A DNA stretch of 64,000 nucleotides from Gemmatimonadota bacterium (lineage in GTDB: Bacteria > Gemmatimonadota > Gemmatimonadetes > Gemmatimonadales > GWC2-71-9): the NCBI GenBank assembly GCA_039584325.1, contig JBDGYA010000006.1, forward strand, positions 11,845 through 75,844. Reading direction: 5' to 3'. Below are positions 56,833 to 64,000 of the stretch, piece after piece (the stretch's first letter is position 1; every line of letters starts with the position of its first letter). The notes beneath the pieces were generated by a model. It saw nothing but the letters and a program-made list of their open reading frames with translations. It was not told where the DNA came from and ran no database searches. A program made the position numbers and the translations under genes.

Positions 56833-57992
56833 CGGCCTGGATTCTTGTCCTGGGCGGACTGGTCCTCGCGGGACTGGGCGTGCTCACGGCCGTGGGAGCG
56901 TCGGCCATTGGGAGGGTCGAGCTCTACCGATGGGCGGTCGGCGATGCTCCCGGTGCGGGCGCCGCTGATCGACTGCTCCAGGCCCCAAACCGCATCGTGC
57001 GTGCCTCCAAGGGGCTGGCAACCGCCGGACTGTCCCTGACCGGTCTGGGCGTCGCGCCACTCGTTGCCCCGCTGCCGCCGGTGCTGCTGCTGGCGGCGGT
57101 GGTGCTGGTCGTGGTGCCGGTGGCGCTGTCGTTGGTCTATGCGGGGCCGCGCGCGGCCGGACGCCGGGAGGCGGATCGCGTGGTGCGCGAAATCGTGCCT
57201 ACGCTCATGCAGTTGACGCCGGTCCTCGCCCCAATCTCCGATCGGCCCACTGTGCGCGCCGACGAGCGGCTGAGTGGGCCCGTAGCGGCGGACCGCGACG
57301 AGCTTCCCGCGTTGTCCGGGGTCCTGTCGTTCAGCCACCAGTCGGTCCGCGAGGTGATGACCCCGCGAACCGACATCGTGGCTGTCAAGGAGGGAGCGAG
57401 GGTCGAGGAGCTGGGCCGGATCTTCATGGGGTCAGGGTACTCGCGCCTACCCATGTACCGGGAGTCACTCGACGACATCATCGGCATGATCTACGTGTTC
57501 GATCTGCTGAAGGTCGCTCCGGGAGCCGAACTGCCGATCCGGGCTGTCATGACCGTGCCCGCATCGAAGCGGGCGGGCGAGACACTGCTTGAGCTGCAGC
57601 GGAACCGGCGACAGATCGCCGTGGTGCTCGACGAGTATGGAGGAACAGCGGGGATCGTGACCTTCGAGGACCTGCTCGAGGAGCTCGTCGGGGAGATCTT
57701 CGACGAGCACGATGGCAAGGTGCCCCGGTTGCCCACTGGCATCCACCTGATGGAGGTGCAGGGATCGACCCCGGTCGACGAGGTTGCGCAGGCGTTCGAG
57801 GTCCGTCTGCCGGAGGCCTCCGAGACCATCGCCGGATTGCTCGCGCGGCAAGCCGGACGCATTCCAATAACGGGGGAGCGGTACGCTCTTGCAGGCCTCG
57901 AGTTCGACGTCCTCGCCGCCACGCCCAATCGCCTGGAGCGGATCCTCGTGAGACGGGGACCAGTTCCCGTTGTGTCCCTGAGCAGGGAGTGA
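56829..57992 (+). CDS. DUF21-CBS-CorC_HlyC membrane protein (CorC/CNNM family), copy 2
   Basis: GTGA overlap with copy 1. Same architecture (VREVMTPRTDI.., SRLPMY, ..ETIAGLLARQAGRIPITGE). Confidence 0.8.
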   Translation: MTAWILVLGGLVLAGLGVLTAVGASAIGRVELYRWAVGDAPGAGAADRLLQAPNRIVRASKGLATAGLSLTGLGVAPLVAPLPPVLLLAAVVLVVVPVALSLVYAGPRAAGRREADRVVREIVPTLMQLTPVLAPISDRPTVRADERLSGPVAADRDELPALSGVLSFSHQSVREVMTPRTDIVAVKEGARVEELGRIFMGSGYSRLPMYRESLDDIIGMIYVFDLLKVAPGAELPIRAVMTVPASKRAGETLLELQRNRRQIAVVLDEYGGTAGIVTFEDLLEELVGEIFDEHDGKVPRLPTGIHLMEVQGSTPVDEVAQAFEVRLPEASETIAGLLARQAGRIPITGERYALAGLEFDVLAATPNRLERILVRRGPVPVVSLSRE

Positions 57993-57999
57993 ACGTGCC

Positions 58000-58653
58000 G
58001 TGAGTTCGGCTCTCCGTAAGCTGCGTCGCTACTTCTTCACCGGCCTGATCGTGATCGCGCCGGTCGGCGTGACGGTCATCGTCCTGATGTGGATGTTCCG
58101 CACGATCGATGACATCCTCGGTGAGCCGCTTGGCGCCATTGGCTTCAGGATTCCGGGGCTGGGGTTCGTGCTGTTGGTGCTGGTGGTGACCGGGGTAGGC
58201 TGGGCGGTGCGACTCGCCGCGGGGCGGCAGCTGCTGCACTGGTGGAACGAGGCCCTGTCGCGCTTTCCGCTGACCGGCCGGTTCTACACGGCCATCAGCC
58301 AGATCGTCCAGTCAGTCGTGGGAGAGCAGCGCCGTCTGTTCCACCGCACCGTCCTGATCCCGTACCCGACGGACGGCATCTGGGCCGTCGCGTTCGTCAC
58401 CAACGAAGCGGCGCCAGTGATGTCGGCCGTCGTGGGGGAGCCGTGCGTAAGCGTCTTCGTTCCGACGACGCCCAATCCTACGTCCGGATTCATGCTGGTC
58501 GTCCCCCGCACGCGCTTGAAAGAAACGACGATCAGCATCGAGGAGGCGATGAAGCTCATTATCTCGGCGGGTTCGGTGAGCCCGGGTGAGCGGGTGAGCG
58601 TCGGCCGCGGCGGCCTCGATCTCGAGTCGCTGCTCAAGGATTCGATCGGATGA
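58000..58653 (+). CDS. DUF502-family membrane protein
   Basis: 217 aa. N-terminus LRRYFFTGLIVIAPVGVTVIVL and central PTTPNPTSGFMLVVP match the DUF502 pattern. Confidence 0.65.
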   Translation: MSSALRKLRRYFFTGLIVIAPVGVTVIVLMWMFRTIDDILGEPLGAIGFRIPGLGFVLLVLVVTGVGWAVRLAAGRQLLHWWNEALSRFPLTGRFYTAISQIVQSVVGEQRRLFHRTVLIPYPTDGIWAVAFVTNEAAPVMSAVVGEPCVSVFVPTTPNPTSGFMLVVPRTRLKETTISIEEAMKLIISAGSVSPGERVSVGRGGLDLESLLKDSIG

Positions 58654-59996
58654 CGGAAGCCAGCGGCAGGTCCGAGGACCTCCGGCGTCTCGCCGAACGC
58701 GGTGATATCCGCGGCTTCGCGGAAGTCGCGCAGGACATGCACCCGTCCGACGTGTCGGACGTGCTGGCTGGTCTGGAGGAGGAGCAACGTCTTCGGCTGG
58801 TCGAGCGGCTGCCGCCGGAGATCGTCTCGGAGGCGCTGGCTGAGATGGAGGACGAGGAACATCCCGAGGAGCTGTTGGCCGCCCTGATCCCGGAGCGGGC
58901 TGCCGACATCCTCGAGGAGCTGGACGACGACGACGCGGCGGACCTGGTGGGAGAGCTTCCGCCGGAGGCCGCCGAGCGGATCCTCTCCGACGTGGACGTC
59001 GAGGACCGCGCCGACATCGAGCGGCTACTCGAGTACGAGGAGGACACCGCTGGCGGGCGCATGACCTCCGCCGTCGTGTCGGTGCCCGAAGACGTTTCGG
59101 CCGCCCAAGCCATCGAGGAGATCCGGCGGCAGGCGGAGGAGATCGAGGACTTCTATCAGGTCTACTGCTGCGACGCACAGCAACGGCTCGTCGGTGTCCT
59201 GCCAGTGCAGCGACTCGTGATTGCCAGACCCACGACGCTGGTGCGGGACATCATGGAGCCCGTGCTCGGCGTGGCGACCACCGACATGGACCAGGAGGAA
59301 GTCGCACGGCTGCTGGCGCGCTACAACGTCCCGTCGATCCCGGTCGTGGATGCCGACCAGCGCCTGATCGGTCGCGTCACGTTCGACGACGTGATCGACG
59401 TCGTCGAGGCCGAGCAAACGGAAGACCTGCTGAAGTTTGGTGGAGCGGGGGGGGAAGAGGCGCTGGGCGACCAATGGCACGAAGCGGTGCGCCGGCGCCT
59501 GCCGTGGTTGTACCTGAACCTCATAACGGCACTGCTGGCGGCCGCCGTGGTGGTGTTCTTCGAGGATACAATCAGTCAGATCGTGGCGCTGGCGGCCGTC
59601 ATGCCGGTGGTTGCTGGTCTCGGGGGCAGCGCCGGAACGCAGGCTCTGGCCGTCACCATCCGTCGTATCGCGCTCGGTATGACCCCTGCCGGTAGCGGAC
59701 TGCAGCTGGTCGCCAAGGAGCTCCTGGTGGGGCTGATCAACGGCTTCGCGGTCGGAGTGGTTGTGGGTGCCGTGGCGAGCGTGGGTCTGGGTCACGGCTG
59801 GGAGCTGGGGCTGGTCGTCATGCTGGCCATGTGGGGAGCACTGATCGTCGCGGCGACCGTCGGGGCGGCGGTGCCGCTGACACTCCAGCGGGTTGGTGTC
59901 GACCCGGCCGTGGCGAGCTCCGGGTTCGTCACCGCCGTGACGGACATCGCGGGCTTCTTCCTGCTGCTCGGGCTCGCCGCATGGTTGCTGCTGTGA
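58650..59996 (+). CDS. mgtE: Magnesium transporter MgtE
   Basis: Acidic N-domain, CBS pair, and a 5-TM C-terminal domain (GLGGSAGTQALAVTIR, DPAVASSGFVTAVTDIAGFF). ATGA overlap with the previous gene. Confidence 0.92.
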   Translation: MTEASGRSEDLRRLAERGDIRGFAEVAQDMHPSDVSDVLAGLEEEQRLRLVERLPPEIVSEALAEMEDEEHPEELLAALIPERAADILEELDDDDAADLVGELPPEAAERILSDVDVEDRADIERLLEYEEDTAGGRMTSAVVSVPEDVSAAQAIEEIRRQAEEIEDFYQVYCCDAQQRLVGVLPVQRLVIARPTTLVRDIMEPVLGVATTDMDQEEVARLLARYNVPSIPVVDADQRLIGRVTFDDVIDVVEAEQTEDLLKFGGAGGEEALGDQWHEAVRRRLPWLYLNLITALLAAAVVVFFEDTISQIVALAAVMPVVAGLGGSAGTQALAVTIRRIALGMTPAGSGLQLVAKELLVGLINGFAVGVVVGAVASVGLGHGWELGLVVMLAMWGALIVAATVGAAVPLTLQRVGVDPAVASSGFVTAVTDIAGFFLLLGLAAWLLL

Positions 59997-60028
59997 CGGC
60001 GTGGCACGCTACCTTTGGATAGGACGGC

Positions 60029-61072
60029 ATGAACGGCACCGATCTCGTCGCCGGCATTCGAGCCGGCAAGGTCCCCGCCCTGGCACGGGCCATCTCCATG
60101 GTGGAGAACGGACGGGACGGCTTCGAGGATGTCCTGTCGGCGCTGCATCCCGATGTCGGCAGGGCGCATCGCATCGGGATCACCGGCCCTCCCGGAGCCG
60201 GCAAGTCCACCCTGATCGAGCGGCTGGTCCACGCGTACCGGCAGCGAGAGGTCACAGTGGCGGTCGTGGCGGTGGACCCCACGAGTCCGTTCTCCGGCGG
60301 TGCCTTGCTGGGCGACCGGATCCGGATGGAGTCATTGACGCTCGATCCCGGCGTGTACATTCGTTCGATGGCGTCCCGCGGCGCGACCGGAGGGCTCGCC
60401 ATGACCACCCGAGAGGTCTGCGACGTGCTCGATGCCTTCGGCTTCGCGCGGATCATCATCGAAACGGTCGGCGTCGGGCAGTCGGAGCTGGACATTGCGG
60501 GTTCGGCCGATACCACGACCCTCGTCCTCGTGCCGGAGTCGGGTGACGGTGTGCAGGTGCTGAAGGCCGGGGTCATGGAGATCGCGGATCTGTATGTGGT
60601 CAACAAGGCGGACCGACCCGGGGCGGATCGGCTGGTGCAGGAGGTCGAAGTGATGCTCGGGATCCGGCGGGGAAATGCCTACCGGCACGTCGGGCCGCAT
60701 CACGGGGGACTGCGCAGTGAGCGCCAGCGCTCGCGTGAGCCGGCGCAGGAGGCAGGTACCTGGACACCGCCGGTGCTGCTGAGCGCGGCAACGAAGGACG
60801 AAGGAGTGGAGAACCTCGTCGACGCCTTCGAACGCCACCGTTCCTTCCTCGAAGCGAGTGACCGCCTCGAGGATCTGCGCCGGGATCGGCTCGCCAGCCA
60901 CACGCGAGACGTGGTGAACCGCGCGCTGAGCACGCTCGTGTGGGAGCGCTGGGAGGGGGAGCAGCGGTTGTCGGCAGCCCTGGACGACGTCGTTCGGGGC
61001 CGGGTGAGTCCGTACAAAGTGGCGGGAGACATCGTCGCCGAACTCCGGGAGGATCTGCGGCATGAAGGATGA
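60029..61072 (+). CDS. meaB: Methylmalonyl-CoA mutase-associated G-protein chaperone (MeaB/ArgK)
   Basis: P-loop GPPGAGKST, DPTSPFSGGALLGDRIRM, ETVGVGQSE, and VNKAD. Confidence 0.9.
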   Translation: MNGTDLVAGIRAGKVPALARAISMVENGRDGFEDVLSALHPDVGRAHRIGITGPPGAGKSTLIERLVHAYRQREVTVAVVAVDPTSPFSGGALLGDRIRMESLTLDPGVYIRSMASRGATGGLAMTTREVCDVLDAFGFARIIIETVGVGQSELDIAGSADTTTLVLVPESGDGVQVLKAGVMEIADLYVVNKADRPGADRLVQEVEVMLGIRRGNAYRHVGPHHGGLRSERQRSREPAQEAGTWTPPVLLSAATKDEGVENLVDAFERHRSFLEASDRLEDLRRDRLASHTRDVVNRALSTLVWERWEGEQRLSAALDDVVRGRVSPYKVAGDIVAELREDLRHEG

Positions 61073-62708
61073 GAACGACCGGGACCAGTGGTGTGACCGA
61101 TTCGCAGCAGCGCCGAAGCGGTCGGACGTGGATTTCGTGTCGCAGAGTTCGGCCGAGGTCGAGCCGCTGTACACCCCGGCTGAGCTGGACGGATTCGACG
61201 ACGAGGGTCAGCTCGGATATCCCGGGGAGTTCCCGTACACGCGCGGCATCCATCCGACGATGTACCGCGGCCGGCTGTGGACCATGCGTCAGTTCTCCGG
61301 CTTTGGGACGGCCCAGGACACGAACCGTCGCTACAAGTTTCTCCTCGAGCGGGGCCAGACGGGATTGTCCATCGCCTTCGATTTCCCAACGCTCATGGGC
61401 TATGACTCCGATCACCCCCGCTCCGAGGGTGAAGTGGGGAAGTGCGGGGTGGCAATCTCGTCGCTGGCAGACATGGAGACACTGTTCGACGGGATTCCAA
61501 TGGAGGATGTCTCGACGTCGATGACGATCAACGGCCCGGCGGCGATGCTGTTCTGTTTCTACGTGGCCGCGGCTGAACGGCAGGGAGCCGACATCACCAA
61601 GCTCCGCGGCACGGTGCAGAACGACATCCTGAAGGAGTACATGGCACAGCACGCCTGGGTATACCCGGTCGAGCCTGCCTTGAAGATCATCGTCGACATG
61701 TTCGAGTGGGCGTCCGAGCACACGCCGCTCTGGAATACGATCTCCATCTCCGGGTACCACATCCGGGAGGCGGGGGCCACGGCAGTCGAGGAGCTGGCGT
61801 TCACCCTCGCCAACGGCTTCGAGTATGTGGAGCACGGCCTCGCCCGCGGCCTGGACGTGGACCGCTTCGCACCCCGGTTGTCGTTCTTCTGGGACGTGCA
61901 CAACGATTTCTTCGAAGAGATCGCAAAGATGCGGGCGGCACGCCGCATCTGGGCGCGTCACCTGCGCGAGCGCTACGGGGCCCAGGATCCACGGTCCTGG
62001 ATGATGCGGTTCCACTGCCAGACGGCGGGCGTCTCGCTCACGGCGCAGCAGCCGATGAACAACGTCGTGCGCGTGGCGTACCAGGCGATGGCGGCGGCGC
62101 TCGCCGGCACGCAATCGCTGCACACCAATTCGCTGGACGAGACGCTGGCGCTGCCCACCGAGGATGCCGTCAAGCTGGCGCTGCGCACGCAACAGGTGCT
62201 GGCGTACGAGACAGGGGTCGCCAACGTGATCGATCCGCTCGGCGGGTCCTACTACGTCGAGGCGCTCACGGATCGCATGGAGCGCGAGGCCGAAGCGATC
62301 TTCGACGAGATCGCAGAGATCGACGGCGTGGTGCGCGGCATCGAGCAGGGTTGGTTCCAGCGCCGGATTCACCAGAGCTCGATGCAGTTTCAGCATGAAG
62401 TAGAGCAGCGGCGCCGCTTCATCGTCGGCGTCAACGAGTTCACCGATTCAGACGAGGCAGAGCTCGAGATTCTCAAGGTCACCGAAGAGCCGGAGGCCCT
62501 GCAGCGCGCGCGGCTGGGCGAGCTGCGTGCCAAGCGCGACGAGGGTGAGGTCCGGCAGCGGTTGGCCGAGCTGAAGGCTGCGGCCGAGGGAGACCGGAAC
62601 GTCATTCCGGCGATGCTCGACTGTGCCCGCGCCTACGGCACGCTCTTTGAGATCCGGCACGTCCTCGAGGAGGTCTATGGTGCCTACCGCGAGCCCATCC
62701 TATTCTAG
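61062..62708 (+). CDS. Methylmalonyl-CoA mutase family, catalytic (substrate-binding TIM barrel) subunit only
   Basis: 548 aa: FPYTRGIHPTMYRGRLWTMRQFSGFG, LSIAFDFPT, and TVQNDILKEY. There is no C-terminal B12-binding (DxHxxG) domain. Confidence 0.9.
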   Translation: MKDENDRDQWCDRFAAAPKRSDVDFVSQSSAEVEPLYTPAELDGFDDEGQLGYPGEFPYTRGIHPTMYRGRLWTMRQFSGFGTAQDTNRRYKFLLERGQTGLSIAFDFPTLMGYDSDHPRSEGEVGKCGVAISSLADMETLFDGIPMEDVSTSMTINGPAAMLFCFYVAAAERQGADITKLRGTVQNDILKEYMAQHAWVYPVEPALKIIVDMFEWASEHTPLWNTISISGYHIREAGATAVEELAFTLANGFEYVEHGLARGLDVDRFAPRLSFFWDVHNDFFEEIAKMRAARRIWARHLRERYGAQDPRSWMMRFHCQTAGVSLTAQQPMNNVVRVAYQAMAAALAGTQSLHTNSLDETLALPTEDAVKLALRTQQVLAYETGVANVIDPLGGSYYVEALTDRMEREAEAIFDEIAEIDGVVRGIEQGWFQRRIHQSSMQFQHEVEQRRRFIVGVNEFTDSDEAELEILKVTEEPEALQRARLGELRAKRDEGEVRQRLAELKAAAEGDRNVIPAMLDCARAYGTLFEIRHVLEEVYGAYREPILF

Positions 62709-62721
62709 TGCATCCGGTTCC

Positions 62722-63933
62722 ATGACTCGTCCCCGCCCCCGGGTGGATGCCGCGCACGTCGAGACGCTGCGCCCACTGGTCGACTGGCTGGCGGACTTCG
62801 GCGTGACCGAGCATTGGGTCGTCTCGTGCTACCTGAAGCTCGAGCCGAGAGACCGCACGCGCGGCAAGTACCTCATCAAGCTGAAGAACCGCACGCGCGA
62901 GCAGCTCGCGTGGATGGAGCACCGTGCCGCGAGTCGACAGGAGCGTGAGGCGATCGAGCGTGACCTCAACCGCGTGCGCGCGCATCTGGAAGATCCGGGC
63001 AACCTCCCGCAGGGGCAGGGCATTGCGATCTTCGCGTGCGAGCCGCTCGGGTTGTTCGAGGCGATCGGGCTGCCGCGCGTGTTCCGCTCGCGCCTGGCCG
63101 TCGATCGCTCACCGCTGATCCGGGAGCTTGCAGCTCTCGACGACGAGTTCGGGCGGGTGCTGTGCGCCGCGTATGACCGCACCAGTGCCCGGTTCTTCGA
63201 GGTCACCGCAGTCGGCGTGCATGAGCTCACCTCACTGGCCGCCACGGATTCCACGCGAGCGGGCAAGTTCCACGGTCCGCGGAGCCCGACGGGCACGGCC
63301 CAGGGATCCGGCTCGGCGGGAGAGCACAATTTCAATCAACGGATCCGTGAGGAGAAGCAGCGGCACTACGCCTCGGTGGCGCAGCGCCTGTTTGAGTTGG
63401 GACGCGATCGCCCCCTCCGCGGCGTGGTCCTTGCCGGTATCGGCGATAGCTCCGATGCCGTGCAGCCGCATCTCCACCCGTACCTCTCGCGCATGCTGCT
63501 CGGAACCGCTCGGCTGAACCCCAAGGCGGCCAGCCCGGCCGGGATCATGGAGGCAGTCCTGAGCGTGCGCGCGCGGTCCGAGCGCCGCTTCGAGGCGGAA
63601 CACGTCACGGCACTTCGGGAGGCGGTCGGCACCGGCTGGGGCGTGAACGGAGCGCCGGATGTGCTGCGGGCTCTCCAACGCGGACAGGTGCGCACTCTGC
63701 TCGTTGATCCGACGGCCGAACAACCCGGGTACCGCTGCTCGATGACGGGACGGCTGGGAACCACCGAGGAGGCGTGTGAAGCGGAAGGATCGGCGGAGCC
63801 GATTCCGGACGTGATCGATGAGGCAATCGAGGAGGCCTTGCGTCAGGGAGGGTACGTCGAAGTAGTCGAGGATGACGGGGCGCGCAAGGACATCGCCGGA
63901 CTCGCGGCACTGCTCAGGTTCCGGCAGCGCTAG
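62722..63933 (+). CDS. Bacterial eRF1/Pelota-like (aeRF1-fold) protein, function unknown
   Basis: ORF 62623..63933 trimmed to ATG 62722 (403 aa). The central region GKFHG..GTAQGSGSAGEHNFNQRIREEKQRHYASVAQ parallels eRF1 [30 protein letters not shown]. C-terminal VLRALQRGQVRTLLVD and IAGLAALLRFR parallel eRF1/Pelota domain 3 (..GGIGGILRY..). Confidence 0.6.
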   Translation: MTRPRPRVDAAHVETLRPLVDWLADFGVTEHWVVSCYLKLEPRDRTRGKYLIKLKNRTREQLAWMEHRAASRQEREAIERDLNRVRAHLEDPGNLPQGQGIAIFACEPLGLFEAIGLPRVFRSRLAVDRSPLIRELAALDDEFGRVLCAAYDRTSARFFEVTAVGVHELTSLAATDSTRAGKFHGPRSPTGTAQGSGSAGEHNFNQRIREEKQRHYASVAQRLFELGRDRPLRGVVLAGIGDSSDAVQPHLHPYLSRMLLGTARLNPKAASPAGIMEAVLSVRARSERRFEAEHVTALREAVGTGWGVNGAPDVLRALQRGQVRTLLVDPTAEQPGYRCSMTGRLGTTEEACEAEGSAEPIPDVIDEAIEEALRQGGYVEVVEDDGARKDIAGLAALLRFRQR

Positions 63934-63937
63934 GCGG

Positions 63938-63954
63938 GCCCCGACGCACGGGGC
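63938..63954 (+). terminator. Hairpin after the eRF1-like gene
   Basis: GCCCCG-acgca-CGGGGC: 6-bp GC stem starting 5 nt after the stop codon. Confidence 0.35.
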
Positions 63955-64000
63955 GGATCTCACCGGAGACGAGGCAGAAGAGGACGATGCAGAACGAGCG

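Noticed and set aside
1-64000. Searched by eye for CRISPR arrays, tandem repeat arrays, IS/transposase/integrase genes, toxin-antitoxin pairs, restriction-modification or other defence genes, and tRNA/rRNA genes.
   Set aside because: None were seen. Every gap over 100 bp was read on both strands and contains only short hairpins or repeats. All substantial ORFs are accounted for by housekeeping families.

Overview
This is a 64-kb stretch of a visibly GC-rich bacterial chromosome; codon third positions are almost all G/C. The envelope genes indicate a diderm: RseP, a DegP/HtrA lipoprotein, a BamE-like lipoprotein and a beta-barrel outer-membrane protein. The phylum cannot be assigned without a database search. 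The window is almost entirely housekeeping: about 58 protein genes and one tmRNA. I found no rRNA or tRNA genes, no CRISPR array, and no transposase, integrase or phage genes.

Gene order:
- rplM-rpsI
- rpsB-tsf-pyrH-frr-cdsA-dxr-rseP
- a stand-alone Ser/Thr kinase (minus strand)
- rpsO-pnp-M16 peptidase
- ald
- mreBCD-mrdA-rodA
- accD-folC
- hisS, proS, lysA, guaA
- ptsN (minus strand)
- dus-larB
- ssrA (tmRNA), followed by an unusual 626-bp non-coding tract
- a 12-gene minus-strand run: lexA, truA, tal, htrA, purB, purC, psd, pssA, lipoprotein, zinc-ribbon protein, purF, ppdK
- a HEAT-repeat protein, an HD-GYP protein, folB, folK, a YqeK-like HD protein and a LytR_C protein
- rlmN and an outer-membrane protein (minus strand)
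- aspS-phoH-pgpH-ybeY-corC-corC-DUF502-mgtE
- meaB, a methylmalonyl-CoA mutase catalytic subunit, and a bacterial eRF1/Pelota-like protein

About 20 gene junctions are 4-nt ATGA/GTGA stop-start overlaps, which points to pervasive translational coupling. The many long antisense ORFs in the supplied track are GC-driven shadow ORFs.

I do not see a clear novel multi-gene system such as a defence island or mobile element. The best candidates for follow-up are:
1. The eRF1-like protein with a divergent GGQ loop.
2. The HEAT / HD-GYP pair, which shares a paralogous N-terminal module.
3. The folC start, which has no canonical initiator at a CTGA junction that overlaps a G-run slippery heptamer.
4. 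The AT-rich, structured non-coding tract next to ssrA.
5. A conserved element shared by two ribosomal-protein upstream regions.
6. A candidate LexA operator.
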